Origin: Planctomycetota bacterium | GTDB taxonomy: Bacteria; JAJVIF01; JAPKYR01 | Direction: 5' to 3' | Length of the DNA: 64,000 nucleotides | Assembly (NCBI GenBank): GCA_030614715.1 | Contig: JAUWTM010000004.1 | Location: forward strand, 2,603 to 66,602 | Shown here: positions 1-10,850 of the stretch, piece by piece | How positions within the stretch are numbered: the first letter of the stretch is position 1 | How the letters are laid out: the number at the start of each line of letters is the position of its first letter | Position numbers and translations under genes: made by a program | Notes under the pieces: generated by a model | Database searches by the model: none | What the model was told of the DNA's origin: nothing | The model's input: the letters and a program-made list of their open reading frames with translations, nothing else

Positions 1-44
1 AACAGCAGGTTCTCTACCAGGTCCTTTACGCTTCTATGCGGCAT
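1..44 (-). CDS. scpB: segregation and condensation protein B (ScpB), N-terminal fragment running off the window start
   Basis: Minus-strand ATG at 44..42 about 60 nt downstream of the scpA stop; it translates MPHRSVKDLVENLL, which fits the ScpB N-terminus; synteny scpA then scpB. Only 14 codons are visible. Confidence 0.3.
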   Translation of the reverse strand, partial: MPHRSVKDLVENLL

Positions 45-104
45 TGTTTCAGCCAACTACCGCCACCTCTCTTCACAAAATTTACTTCTTACGATCGAGT
101 GGCA

Positions 105-848
105 CTAACGAAGTCTCTCGACCGCTAACTGCTCGGACGGGTCGGTTTGAGACAACGCGATCCGTCCCGATTTCGCAAGCTCCAGCAGCGCCAGGAATGT
201 CATCACGGCCTGGTGGAGATTGAACTGTTCGGGCAGAAGTGCCCTGAAAAACTTCCTTGCCCCTCTCGGAAGCCATCTCGAGAGGAGTTCACGTATAACT
301 TCGCTCAACCTGAGTTGCTTAACATTGATCTCCATCGTGCGATTACTATCATGACGGAGCAGCACTCGACGGTACATGTCGAGCAGGTCGAATATGCCAA
401 GTTCACCGAGATCGTACGTGATCACGGCTTCGTCCTCATTTTCGTTCATTCGGGAGAAACTTGCAAGGCTTTCCGTTTCCTTCGATCGGAGTATTGGTGC
501 GACGTTCCTTATGGCAAGAAGACGTTCGCGGTCCATGAGCTCCCTTATCAATTGCATCTTGGGGTCTTCAACGTCCGACCAGAGGCTCTCGTTCCCGGGT
601 GCTTCGTCGAGATACCGTCCCGGCAGAAGTGTGCAACTCTTAATATAGATAAGACGGGCAGCCATCGCGAGCCATTCACTCGTGAGGGTAACATCCACTT
701 TCTCACATGCCTTGATGAAAGTCAGGTATTCACGACAGATTGGTGCGATGGAAAGGTTGCGGATGTCCAGCTCCCGGGTCCGGACAAAATGGAGCAGCAG
801 GTCAAGTGGTCCTTCAAAGGACGGCAATTGAAGAATGTACTCTTTCAA
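105..848 (-). CDS. scpA: segregation and condensation protein A (ScpA kleisin)
   Basis: 247 aa; N-terminal FEGPLDLLLHFV motif and overall ScpA-like helical layout. Confidence 0.85.
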   Translation of the reverse strand: MKEYILQLPSFEGPLDLLLHFVRTRELDIRNLSIAPICREYLTFIKACEKVDVTLTSEWLAMAARLIYIKSCTLLPGRYLDEAPGNESLWSDVEDPKMQLIRELMDRERLLAIRNVAPILRSKETESLASFSRMNENEDEAVITYDLGELGIFDLLDMYRRVLLRHDSNRTMEINVKQLRLSEVIRELLSRWLPRGARKFFRALLPEQFNLHQAVMTFLALLELAKSGRIALSQTDPSEQLAVERLR

Positions 849-981
849 GCCTCTGTCACACTAACACTCAACCAGTCTTCTTCCTCGTTTCCCAAAGCCA
901 TGCTATCACTCTCCAGATGCAGGGTCAAGAGGGAAATGCATGATATTGACTGTTATTCTGATTGATTTTATTGAGAGGGTT

Positions 982-3486
982 TCAGTAAGACCCGTCCGGC
1001 AGGATCACGTTGACAAATCCGTCGGGATCGCCCACCGGATTCCTGATATTTTCACCGGAACCGGGATTGAAATCTACAGACGCATCGAAGCTGCCCACGA
1101 CATATGAATATCCATTCGCACCATGAGTGATACCGGTTGCCAGCGTTGACGCATCCTCGCCGCCCCACGACACCGCCCAGTTGTAGCCGGTGACGGGATT
1201 GTGGCTGAGTACATACGTATCCACCAGGCCTGATGTGAAATGTGGATCAGTTCCATCCGATGGATCGAGGTCTGCGTCGCTGTGAATATTACCGCAGATC
1301 AGAATGTCTCCGGATGCATTCACGGTCATCTCGAGTACGTTGTCGATATCGACTCCACCCCAGATCCAGGACTCAATGTAGGTGTCATCAACCTCAAAGG
1401 CATTCAGGTATCCATCTGTCTGACCAAGAGATGATTTCTCATCTTCTTCATAGATGCTGGGGTTGAAGTCCACAGTGTTCGAGAATTCACCCGACGTGAA
1501 TATTCTGTCAGCTATGGCGCAGACATCCGATCCCTGGTCGACCGATGTTCCACCCCATGCGTTTACCCAGTTGTACGTGAGATCGGTGTTGAAACTAAGC
1601 AGGTAGGCGTCTGAACCACCGTTGGAGCCTTCCCAGTCGTTACCGGCTCCGGGCTCGAAATCGACAGTGCCCCCGAAGTATCCTGTTATCAGGACAGCAT
1701 CGAGTTCCTCCGATATCTCGATATTCAGCGCTGACTCGAAATCTTCAGCCCCCCACGTGATGGCGTTCTGGAAAATCCCTGCGGAATTGAATTTCGAGAA
1801 CCATGCGTCGGTTCCACCGTGACAAAACCGAAGGGCATCGGCGGGGCCGGGATCAAAATCGAGGGCGGTAATCCCGCTGAATCTGCCGCAGACGTAGATA
1901 TTCCCGTCGTTGTCCGCGGCAAGACCGAGTCCGATGGTGGCATCCCACGTAAGTGTGTTGATGTAGTTGCCGTCGGGAGTGTAATTAGCGAGGTACGTCC
2001 CTGAGTAATCGTGGAAATCCTCACCGGGACCGGGATTGAAATCTGTAACTGCCTCGAAGGACCCGGTGACAAATATTGTGCCGTCAGGCGCGATCAGCAC
2101 GTCGTTGGCGGTATCGTTCTGGTAACTTCCCCATGAGTGCGACCACATTAGCATACCGTCGGGATCGAGTTTCAGAATGAACGAGTCCTGGATACCGTTG
2201 CTTGTGTGCTGGGTGACGCTGGGACCCGGGCTGAGATCGACTGTCTCCTGAAACCCCCCGACTATGTACAAATTTCCCTGGTCATCGACCTCGACCGCCT
2301 GTGGATTGCATTTCCCGTTCGCACCGCCGAACGTCCTCGCCCATCCGTGCTCGGGTAGGACTGTTAACGGAACGACTTGGTACATCGTGAGGTTCAGCCA
2401 TGGTGGCGACCATGAGTTGTCGTGGTCCTCGACAGATATCAGGAGTTTGTAGTCACCTGCTGGTGCAAGTAGTTCGTTTATGATCGTTACGTTGAACTGG
2501 CTGAACCCCATTCCGTCCTGTACGTACTCAGCCATCTTGAAACCGTTAAAGAGCTGCTCGCACTCGACCCTTGGCGGACTGTATGAGTCCTTCCCCTGGT
2601 GGTCGGCGACAAAAATTTCCAGCGTTACCTGACCGCCCTCGTAATCGAGTCCCTCGAAGAGCGGTACGACGTTATATGAAATAAACCTTGGCTCGGAACA
2701 GTTTGCGTTTGGCGGGAAATCGACCTGCGGATCGGTTACGGGAGTGACAGACGGTGGTGCCCAGCATGCATCGATTGCGTAACCGAAAATAAACTGTCCG
2801 GTCGGGAAATAAAGGTCGTAGGTCCTTGTCTCGGACGTCTCAGGATAGAACGCGAATCGGTCGTTACCGGGCCCGGGATTGTTGAATCGAATGAAGCCGT
2901 TTAGCGAAGCGTTCGGTGTGATTACGGCCGCGAAATTCCCTTTCGTATAACCCTCTAATCCTCCAGGTCCGCTTCCCTCGGTATACATGTTGTACAGGGT
3001 TGTGAATCCCTCGGGATTGATTAGTTCTCCCGTACCCATGTTGTGATCTGGGATCCCCAGCACGGAGTTGGAGAACACCCAGCTGGAATTGAACATCGCG
3101 ATTCCGCGAACATCGAATCCTGTCAGGTTTAGGCTTGAGAACGGATGATTGATCTGCAGATCGACCAGTTTTGTTCCGTAACCCGAGTTGGAAATGCCTG
3201 TCACCTGTACGCAGTCGTAACACGGTCCCGTTTCCAGAAAGGAGAGGATATTGTAGTGCCCGGAGACATCCCGTACGGGGATCATTTCAATACTGTTAGC
3301 CGATGAGTCGTAATATGCGTTGAAATATCCCCACAGGTAGTGATTTTCAACAGGTGACGATGCTGAACTTATGGCCTGCAGGTCGGTCGTAACGGGATTT
3401 CCACGACCTGTGCCCCTCGACGAGCAGGATGTGATCAATAATACGACCGCAATTGTAATCAGTATCGATATTGTTCGGCGTAACAC
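982..3486 (-). CDS. surface lipoprotein with multiple SBBP-type beta-propeller repeats
   Basis: 834 aa; lipoprotein signal (LLITSC); recurring repeats with DFNPGPG / DFDPGPA / DFEPGAGND / DLDPSDGTD cores typical of PF06739 SBBP repeats; last gene of the minus-strand operon. Confidence 0.65.
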   Translation of the reverse strand: MLRRTISILITIAVVLLITSCSSRGTGRGNPVTTDLQAISSASSPVENHYLWGYFNAYYDSSANSIEMIPVRDVSGHYNILSFLETGPCYDCVQVTGISNSGYGTKLVDLQINHPFSSLNLTGFDVRGIAMFNSSWVFSNSVLGIPDHNMGTGELINPEGFTTLYNMYTEGSGPGGLEGYTKGNFAAVITPNASLNGFIRFNNPGPGNDRFAFYPETSETRTYDLYFPTGQFIFGYAIDACWAPPSVTPVTDPQVDFPPNANCSEPRFISYNVVPLFEGLDYEGGQVTLEIFVADHQGKDSYSPPRVECEQLFNGFKMAEYVQDGMGFSQFNVTIINELLAPAGDYKLLISVEDHDNSWSPPWLNLTMYQVVPLTVLPEHGWARTFGGANGKCNPQAVEVDDQGNLYIVGGFQETVDLSPGPSVTQHTSNGIQDSFILKLDPDGMLMWSHSWGSYQNDTANDVLIAPDGTIFVTGSFEAVTDFNPGPGEDFHDYSGTYLANYTPDGNYINTLTWDATIGLGLAADNDGNIYVCGRFSGITALDFDPGPADALRFCHGGTDAWFSKFNSAGIFQNAITWGAEDFESALNIEISEELDAVLITGYFGGTVDFEPGAGNDWEGSNGGSDAYLLSFNTDLTYNWVNAWGGTSVDQGSDVCAIADRIFTSGEFSNTVDFNPSIYEEDEKSSLGQTDGYLNAFEVDDTYIESWIWGGVDIDNVLEMTVNASGDILICGNIHSDADLDPSDGTDPHFTSGLVDTYVLSHNPVTGYNWAVSWGGEDASTLATGITHGANGYSYVVGSFDASVDFNPGSGENIRNPVGDPDGFVNVILPDGSY

Positions 3487-3566
3487 CCTGGTTTGCCTCC
3501 TGTGTGATTCGGGGGATTACAGCCCGGGGATTCTCTACGGGTATATTGTATAACGCGGACGCGTTA

Positions 3567-5945
3567 TTAATCCAGTCCCAATGTCTCAAGGTCGACATCC
3601 GGATGGCTTTCGAGGTATGCGGGATAATCGCACCGGAAGAGGTAGGTCATCTGGTCCGAAAACACTATCTCCAGTCCGCCTGTCTCGACCATCTCGCGGA
3701 AGTCACGTACAAACGCATACTGTGCATATTTTTCCGGGTCGGCAAGAATATCCAGACGGTTTGCCACGTAATAATTTATCCCGTCGACATTCTCGATCGG
3801 GTAAACCTCTTTCTCGATCTCCCTCGGGAGCCAGTAATGCGTGAAGTGTCTTGCCCGATGTCCGAACGGCTCACCATCGAAGCTGTACCAGAGTTCCTGC
3901 AGCAGGAAATTAACCCTGTTTTCTTCGGGATGCTCGCGAAGGTACTCGATTCTCTCTTCCGGTGTCGCACCGGGTACGTCCCATCCGTGCGCATGGACCA
4001 CGTTGTAATAAAGCAGCGCCTTGACCATCACATCGTCACCGAGAAGGATGTGTGTGAAGCCTCCGCGATACCAGATCGCGACATTCTCAGCGGGTGTCGT
4101 GGGCACGGTGTCCTCTTTCAGTCCGAACCATGTGACCCAGTCCGCTTTAAGCCTGTAAAGCCGGGGTTCAAGGGCCAGGACGCGCATGTTCTCCCAGTCC
4201 ATCAGGTTGTTTATGTGGGTGATTACCCCGTAATTAAACGGAGAGGACCGGAGCATGTACGAATCCTCGGATTCAAGGTTCAACACGACCTCACGACGGT
4301 ATCCGAACTCATCATAGTCCGGTTGAATATCGAGCGTAAGTGAGCCTGCGCCGATTACGAATAGCAGAATTGTGATCAGTATAATTCGGGCTCTCTGCGA
4401 GCGCACGAAAATCATGCAGATCGAAATGACCGCGATAATATTTATCGTCCAGAGTACGACATTTGTATATTCGTGATGGATCACGCTGATGTAATACGCC
4501 ACGACCGCTGATCCGATGAGCAGCGCGATTCCACCGATGCGTTCAAATCCGAACGTGATCCATTGTGTGATCAGTATTCCCAGGACAAGTGCGGCGGTTG
4601 CGACAAACGGCAGGTGGTAACGGGTTTCCACGGCAATTAGTCCATAGAGGATTACTATTGAAATTACGGAAAGGATTGAGAGAAACCGTCCCGTGGGTTT
4701 GAGTTTTGGCACCAGTGCGAGAAGCGGAAGCAGCACGGGGAATGCCATCGAGTAGTTGCGTCCGAGTGCATGCCCGACTGTCGGTGTGAAAGTCAGGTAG
4801 AGCCAGTACGTTATGAATCCGGTCAGGGACCTTTCGTAATCTGGACGGACCCACGATGCCGACGTAAACGGCGGTTGAGCGGGTGTCGGGAGTCCGAATA
4901 CCCCGAACGGATAAAACGGATTCCCGGTGAACCACGCTGACCTGATATACCACGGCAGAACGATCAGTAGCGAAATTCCGATGAACGCGAACAGGTGCTT
5001 CCAGTTCGGACGGTTCGTTGCGTCAACTTTGGCGTTAAAAATAACCCAGATCAGGTACACGACGAATCCCGGAAAAATGATCAGTGCGAGATGTTTCGTC
5101 GCAAGCGCCGCGCCCGTAAAGAGTCCCGCCAGCATTATGTTTCGCCACGTTGGACAAGACTTGTACTCAAACAGAAAGTCGATAGTTAACAGCACCCAGC
5201 ATGCGAGTGGCAGATCGACATATCCTCCCGACGTCTGCACTCCGACGCCCGGGAACAGTGTGAACAGGAACGCCGCGACGATCCCCGCGAACCGTCCGGC
5301 ATTGAAACCGGGTTTGTCAGCCTTTGATATGAGCTCTCCCCCGTGACGCGCTCCAATACCGATAAGTATCAGTGCCGCAAGCGGTCCGAAGATCCAGCCG
5401 TAGAGGTTCGCCAGGAAATCGGTCCCGAGAGCCATCGATCCGGTCATGCCCATCTCGGCCAGCGACGGATAGTACGAGAAAATTACGCTTGGAAGGTCAC
5501 TCAGACGTCCGGTTGAGAGCCAGACCGACGGTACAAGGTAATGATGGCTTGTCGCGTCCCATGATATGTTCGGTGCGAGTGCGTTGAAAGCTCGAAGTAG
5601 ATTAATGCCGATTATCACAACAATAAAAACCACTTCAATTAGTGTGAATCGTACCGATGGCTTCCATGTTGCTTTTTTAAAAAATGTTATTACATCCCTG
5701 AGCCAGACTTTCCAGAATATCAGTGCCGGAAGTGCGGTCACGACCGCGGCAATTGTTGGCGTGAGAAGGTGCACGAACCCGAGGAGGGTCATCAACAGTC
5801 CATGCGCGAGAATCCCTAATCCAAGCGCACGTGCAATTCTGCCTGCAGAGAATTCCGATTCACCCAGAATTCTGAATCGCAGCCATTCACCCATCCCGTA
5901 AAGGCTGAAAAAGAGGAGAGGAAAAAGGAGGATCGCATACTTCAT
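3567..5945 (-). CDS. GT-C fold polytopic membrane glycosyltransferase (PMT/ArnT-like), paralog 3, with a roughly 250 aa C-terminal soluble domain
   Basis: 792 aa; more than 10 predicted TM helices N-terminally; shares N-terminal hairpin and a WDAxxxHY loop motif with the upstream paralog; ATGA overlap with the upstream gene. Confidence 0.55.
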   Translation of the reverse strand: MKYAILLFPLLFFSLYGMGEWLRFRILGESEFSAGRIARALGLGILAHGLLMTLLGFVHLLTPTIAAVVTALPALIFWKVWLRDVITFFKKATWKPSVRFTLIEVVFIVVIIGINLLRAFNALAPNISWDATSHHYLVPSVWLSTGRLSDLPSVIFSYYPSLAEMGMTGSMALGTDFLANLYGWIFGPLAALILIGIGARHGGELISKADKPGFNAGRFAGIVAAFLFTLFPGVGVQTSGGYVDLPLACWVLLTIDFLFEYKSCPTWRNIMLAGLFTGAALATKHLALIIFPGFVVYLIWVIFNAKVDATNRPNWKHLFAFIGISLLIVLPWYIRSAWFTGNPFYPFGVFGLPTPAQPPFTSASWVRPDYERSLTGFITYWLYLTFTPTVGHALGRNYSMAFPVLLPLLALVPKLKPTGRFLSILSVISIVILYGLIAVETRYHLPFVATAALVLGILITQWITFGFERIGGIALLIGSAVVAYYISVIHHEYTNVVLWTINIIAVISICMIFVRSQRARIILITILLFVIGAGSLTLDIQPDYDEFGYRREVVLNLESEDSYMLRSSPFNYGVITHINNLMDWENMRVLALEPRLYRLKADWVTWFGLKEDTVPTTPAENVAIWYRGGFTHILLGDDVMVKALLYYNVVHAHGWDVPGATPEERIEYLREHPEENRVNFLLQELWYSFDGEPFGHRARHFTHYWLPREIEKEVYPIENVDGINYYVANRLDILADPEKYAQYAFVRDFREMVETGGLEIVFSDQMTYLFRCDYPAYLESHPDVDLETLGLD

Positions 5946-8065
5946 TCGACCACGTCCTCCTCGGTTTGAGTCACATCAGGATAGCCGGTGATATCGTATA
6001 GCCTTCCTGTACGATCGGAAATAATCGGATCACCAAACCAGTTCAGTGCGCCATACTTTATCCAATGCATTGAGTTGACATCGAAGTCCAAGTCACGCTC
6101 ATCTGATTCAGGGAGTAGCAAAAAGAAATTGCCATTGTTTAAGATTGATCCCGGTTCATTGTAATAAGCCAATCTGCAGACCCATTCAGGAATATCCTCA
6201 AAGAACGCCGACTCGAAACTGAATGAAGCCCCCTGTGTAATCGCCAACGCGCGGTAGTTCGGACCGTACGTAAGCAAAAGGTACTTGTACATTCCATGTT
6301 CCTTGTTGGCATCAAGAACTTCATCAAATTTTAAATTCCAATCGGCAGTTTCCGGCGTCGGGAACGGATACCAGATTATGTATGGCCGTTGGATATAAAA
6401 AATCCTCGGTTCCACAAGTATTACGCCGTCCGCAGGACCGCCGTCCGCAGGTCCGGTCTCCTCGTTGATGTACTTCACGAGCGGCCAGATGTCGAGGCTC
6501 TTCTCGAAGTAGTCCTCAACCGAAGCTGCTCCTATGATTGTCGGCACACGATTATTCAATTCCTGCGTTCGATCAACCAGCGAAAATCCTATTGGAAGTA
6601 TTAGAAGCATCGGTAACACAATTTTCAAAACCCACGGAGCTCTCGCAAACAATCTGAACAGCCCCCATGCCCCAAGCCCCGCATAAAGTCCCCACGCTGC
6701 GAGCATGTACCTCGGTTCTCCCGGTGCAAGAAGGTAGATGAGCAGGATCAATACCCATGTGATCAGGCCTATTGTGCGTCCGTTGCCCTTCCGGACACTC
6801 CACCATATTGTTAAAGGTATGAGAGGTACGAAATACCAGCTCAGCAGCCTGAAACTGAACTGTGTGAGCGATACGTCCAATGTGAGCCGGGGTATGTACG
6901 TAATGAATCCCGTTACCGACCTCTCCACATTGGGATTCGACCAGTACATTATTTCCGGGAGTCCATCGCCAATGCCAAGTGCCTGGTATACGAAGGGCCA
7001 CATGGGATCGCCCGTGTGCATGAAGCTTTTTATGTACCAGGGTAGGGGAAACAGGAGTGCGAGTAGAACCGCAATTCCTAATGCTTTCCAGAGTTCCTTC
7101 TGTTTCGATCCAGCAAGCCAGACAACCAGTATCACCAGTACTATTGCATTCAGGAACAGGCTTGTATGCTTCGACGCGAGCAGTCCGCCCGCCAGTATCC
7201 CTATCACTGTAATAAATCTGCCATCCTTATTCTCTTTAAAATGAAGGAGGCAGATGAGCATCACAATCGAGAAAAAGACGAGGAAATTCTCGATGTACCC
7301 GCCCTCCATTTCCTCAACATACACGATCGGCAGGCTTAAATAAGCCACCGCTGCCACCAGCCCGGGAGTCCATGAATCCCAGAATGAACCTGCTTCAACG
7401 GGTTTACTGAATCTCCTGGTAATGGAAATAATCGCGAGAATGGAGAACAGTCCTGCAAACCATGTCACGTGGTTAGCCGCTAGATGACCGATCCCGAGAT
7501 TCGCTGAATTCAGTCCCCCCAGCGCGAATGCCCATCCGAACAGCATCTCCGATCCGTGTGGAAGTTCCGAGTAACAGATATCGAGTCGTTCGATGAATCC
7601 ACCCGCACGCAGCCATATCGCAGGCATCGGATAATGGTACGTGAGTGCGTCCCACGCAGTTGTCGGGACACACGTCAGCAGGAAATCCATGGCGAGTGCG
7701 ATAATTACTACCGCAAACAGGACTGCATTGAATGGGACTTTTCTTGATTCACGCCAGGGTTCCCCGAATCCTGAAAGCGATGTCGCAAGTGCTCGCCGTC
7801 CCTGGAAAAATGCGCTTGCCACGAGCGCGATGAAAAGTAGCCACAGTATCGGCGTTCTCATGAGGAACGTGAGACCGAGGAAAGCCATGAGAAATCCGAT
7901 CAGGATAAACCCGGATGCGATTTTTACCAGCACGTCATCCAGCCGGGATTCGAACGGATTCTCGATTCCGAAAATTCGAAGCAGAAGCCGTCCCGCCTCG
8001 TGACATGCCACGATAATCAGTATTGCCAGCGGTATGGAGATAAATAGTTCCAGCACGGTATTCAA
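5942..8065 (-). CDS. GT-C fold polytopic membrane glycosyltransferase (PMT/ArnT-like), paralog 2
   Basis: 707 aa; clear paralog of 3567..5945 (GRLLLRIFGIENPFESR vs GEWLRFRILGESEF; WDALTYHY vs WDATSHHY; SEMLFGWAFALGG vs AEMGMTGSMALG); C-terminal soluble domain. Confidence 0.55.
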   Translation of the reverse strand: MNTVLELFISIPLAILIIVACHEAGRLLLRIFGIENPFESRLDDVLVKIASGFILIGFLMAFLGLTFLMRTPILWLLFIALVASAFFQGRRALATSLSGFGEPWRESRKVPFNAVLFAVVIIALAMDFLLTCVPTTAWDALTYHYPMPAIWLRAGGFIERLDICYSELPHGSEMLFGWAFALGGLNSANLGIGHLAANHVTWFAGLFSILAIISITRRFSKPVEAGSFWDSWTPGLVAAVAYLSLPIVYVEEMEGGYIENFLVFFSIVMLICLLHFKENKDGRFITVIGILAGGLLASKHTSLFLNAIVLVILVVWLAGSKQKELWKALGIAVLLALLFPLPWYIKSFMHTGDPMWPFVYQALGIGDGLPEIMYWSNPNVERSVTGFITYIPRLTLDVSLTQFSFRLLSWYFVPLIPLTIWWSVRKGNGRTIGLITWVLILLIYLLAPGEPRYMLAAWGLYAGLGAWGLFRLFARAPWVLKIVLPMLLILPIGFSLVDRTQELNNRVPTIIGAASVEDYFEKSLDIWPLVKYINEETGPADGGPADGVILVEPRIFYIQRPYIIWYPFPTPETADWNLKFDEVLDANKEHGMYKYLLLTYGPNYRALAITQGASFSFESAFFEDIPEWVCRLAYYNEPGSILNNGNFFLLLPESDERDLDFDVNSMHWIKYGALNWFGDPIISDRTGRLYDITGYPDVTQTEEDVVE

Positions 8066-9784
8066 TTACTCAGGATCGCTTGTCGGCCTAAGATCCTGCG
8101 GACGCGGGAGGATTCTGTAAATCACATGCTTGAGCCCGGGATGGAGCTCGTCCACATAGATTCGCTCCAGCCCCTGATATGGCGGGTTGTTGGTACTGAA
8201 AAGATATTCAATTTCAGGTCGCCTGTTGCCGCGAAGGACGTAAAATTCATCGAGCGAAATAAGATCGACGTCGTATTCCCTCGCGATCCGGGTTAAATCA
8301 TCAAGGTCACCGTCAGGTATCAGAATGCTCTGTGCTCCAGAATAAAAACTGACCGAATGCGCGTACTCCATGATTCGTTCAGGCTGATATCCGGACCTTT
8401 CGAGCCATGTGGCCGCCTCAGCCCTCGGATTATATGAGATCATCGGGTCGTTCCAGTTCGTGACCTTATATAGCAGCTTCGGCATCGCGAGCAGGATGAA
8501 AATTGCGAGTATCAGTGTGATAGCAGGACCGTTCAGCGGTTTAGTGAACCATCCCGTAGAACCTGTGAAACGTGTGACGGCCCACTCGGCGATCTCTATC
8601 ACTCCACGCGCCATGAACGGTATCAGTAACGGTATTACAGGGATGTAATACCGGACCTCGACAAAGATCAGCGGGATTCCGAACAGAAACGGGCAGAGCC
8701 AGTACAAAATAAAGCGATCCGAGTGACGCTCCGTCCACCGTCCGGGTCCCGAGAAAAATCCAACACTCATCAGTATTACCGGGAATAAATAAAACAATAG
8801 GACGTTATTCGGATAGGTCGGTGCAAACGGAAAATCCTGGTATATACGCACGAGCTTCTGTACGTATTTCTTCAGGTAATTCGTCGTGAATATAAATGGT
8901 GTCAGATCTTCCGGTGTGAGAGCCGATGGATCGACGTTTATCAGAAAATCGGAGCCGTCCGATGTGAGTTCACCCGTGTACCTCGGATCGATATGCTCAT
9001 CTGTCAGGTTGGCGGCAAACACACGCGACGCCTGTCCCGTGCCCTTCCCGTCGATGGTCCATTCACCCGTGGCCTGGTGAATAATTATCCAGTACGGTAC
9101 CGCCAGAACGAGAAATCCAAGCAGCGCGAGTCCCGCCATCTGCATCGGTTTATTCTTTGAATGCCCGCCCCGGCCGAACATGTAGCTGAGTAACAGGAAT
9201 GGAAGCAGGAAAATGCCGAATGTTTTAGTCAGGAATGCCAGCCCGAGCCAGAATCCCGACCAGAATGCCTGAACCGGTTTACCGTCCTTAGCAAATGCCC
9301 GTGCGATCAGCACCAGTGCCATCAGTACGAACGCCGCGAACAGGTTCTCCGTCAGTATCACGACCGAGTAATCCACAAGTATCGGGTAGAATGCCGCAAT
9401 GACTGTCGCGATTCGTGCTGTCAGCTCCCCGTGGAAGTGACGGGTAAGCCAGTAGATCGGCAGCAGTAAAAAAGTTCCTGCGACCACAGTTGCCAGATGC
9501 CCGGACCATTCAAGACCAAATCCGATGAGCCTGAATATCGCGATTAACAGGGGCAGGGCAGGAGGGAGGATCCAGCGTCCACCGGTCGTATTCCACGTGT
9601 CGAAGCTCTTCAGATGGGCTATGTTATCGCCCATGAGGATGTAATGGACGCTGTCGACACCGACCTCGGTCTCGAAAAAAGCCAACAGGAGCCTGATCGC
9701 GAATGCCACCAGGAGGACCAGGATAAGTCGCTGGACCTCGAACTTCTGCTGGACTTGTCTGAATGTCGGAATTTTAAGTTTCAA
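8066..9784 (-). CDS. GT-C fold membrane glycosyltransferase, GT39/GT83-like (dolichyl-phosphate-mannose protein mannosyltransferase / ArnT family)
   Basis: 572 aa; about 11 TM helices; first-loop motif ETEVGVDSVHY resembling the DE..VHF(G) signature of PMT/ArnT enzymes. Confidence 0.6.
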   Translation of the reverse strand: MKLKIPTFRQVQQKFEVQRLILVLLVAFAIRLLLAFFETEVGVDSVHYILMGDNIAHLKSFDTWNTTGGRWILPPALPLLIAIFRLIGFGLEWSGHLATVVAGTFLLLPIYWLTRHFHGELTARIATVIAAFYPILVDYSVVILTENLFAAFVLMALVLIARAFAKDGKPVQAFWSGFWLGLAFLTKTFGIFLLPFLLLSYMFGRGGHSKNKPMQMAGLALLGFLVLAVPYWIIIHQATGEWTIDGKGTGQASRVFAANLTDEHIDPRYTGELTSDGSDFLINVDPSALTPEDLTPFIFTTNYLKKYVQKLVRIYQDFPFAPTYPNNVLLFYLFPVILMSVGFFSGPGRWTERHSDRFILYWLCPFLFGIPLIFVEVRYYIPVIPLLIPFMARGVIEIAEWAVTRFTGSTGWFTKPLNGPAITLILAIFILLAMPKLLYKVTNWNDPMISYNPRAEAATWLERSGYQPERIMEYAHSVSFYSGAQSILIPDGDLDDLTRIAREYDVDLISLDEFYVLRGNRRPEIEYLFSTNNPPYQGLERIYVDELHPGLKHVIYRILPRPQDLRPTSDPE

Positions 9785-9844
9785 AGCCGATTTGATCTTA
9801 TTTATAGTATCCGTAAAGCACTAACCGGTTATTCACCAGCTAAA

Positions 9845-10846
9845 CTATAACAGATGACCGGCATTGAGGGGTAATATCTGGAGGATGTACAGCCAGATCC
9901 AGAAAAGGACGGCGACATACGTGGCGAGTGTGTGCACGATTGTCTTCCACCACGCCAGCCTGTGAAGACCCCCGACAATCCATGCGTAATACCATCCGGC
10001 TATAAATATCGTGAAAATCGTGGCCATACGCTCACCGTATTGGACCAGCGTCATGACCTCAACCGGGTTGTAAAGCCTCTCGAGGATCAATTCAATATTA
10101 CGGGTGTTGGCAATCGCGATGTAACCGAGCACGAACCTGAAAATCCCGATTATCAACAAAATGATCAACCCGCCGGAGAGAGCCCGGACGGTTCGACTGA
10201 ACGAGGCGTGTCCCCCAAGCATCCGTGCGACCATGTACGCTAGTCCGGCAGACAGGAACACGAGAATCGGGATGCCAAGGACGTACATCGGTATTGCGAT
10301 AAGCGATGGCTCAATCGGAATATCATACGCTGTCCGGTATAACCAGACACTCGCGCGTGAAAAAGGAAGGGCTATGACGAAGAAAGCCGCGAAAATTCCC
10401 GGGTAGAGCACAGGCTGGAGGTTACCGCCCTTGATCGGGTATGGCAGGTTAACCGCGTAGTGCCTTGGAGCGAGGATCAGATGAAGTGAGTTACGGAGTA
10501 CAAGCCAGATATAAGGGTCCTGGTCGGTCCGGGTCGGCAGTGTGTCACCGCAGGTCTGGCACATGGTGCCGATCTCCGCGACGGTACCGCACATCGAACA
10601 TCTGAACCGTTCATCATCGTCAGTTTCGGTTGAAGCCTTCTCCTCCCCCGACACATACGAGACCACGGGAGGATTCTCAGGGTCGGTTGTTTCTACCTCA
10701 GGTTTGCCGATTATACGTTCCGCCCAGCCCATAGCGGCATCTGCTTCTTCACGGATGCGTTTGCGGATGCGGTCGAGCGGGAAGCCGCAGGACGGGCAGA
10801 ATTTATCATTATCCTGTGACTCTCGACCGCAGTCAGGGCAGAACAA
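9845..10846 (-). CDS. double zinc-ribbon protein fused to a Yip1-like multi-TM membrane domain
   Basis: 333 aa; N-terminal CPDCG...CPSCG and CSMCG...CQTCG ribbons; C-terminal five-TM region resembling the Yip1 family. Confidence 0.45.
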   Translation of the reverse strand: MFCPDCGRESQDNDKFCPSCGFPLDRIRKRIREEADAAMGWAERIIGKPEVETTDPENPPVVSYVSGEEKASTETDDDERFRCSMCGTVAEIGTMCQTCGDTLPTRTDQDPYIWLVLRNSLHLILAPRHYAVNLPYPIKGGNLQPVLYPGIFAAFFVIALPFSRASVWLYRTAYDIPIEPSLIAIPMYVLGIPILVFLSAGLAYMVARMLGGHASFSRTVRALSGGLIILLIIGIFRFVLGYIAIANTRNIELILERLYNPVEVMTLVQYGERMATIFTIFIAGWYYAWIVGGLHRLAWWKTIVHTLATYVAVLFWIWLYILQILPLNAGHLL

Positions 10847-10850
10847 TGAG

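Noticed and set aside
147-965. 272-aa plus-strand ORF and other 60-170-aa ORFs antisense to scpA, the GT-C genes, atp genes, the HK, the kinase scaffold and others
   Set aside because: They lie fully inside and antisense to long, well-supported genes; they have no RBS and no conserved motifs; and their composition is the mirror of the real frame.
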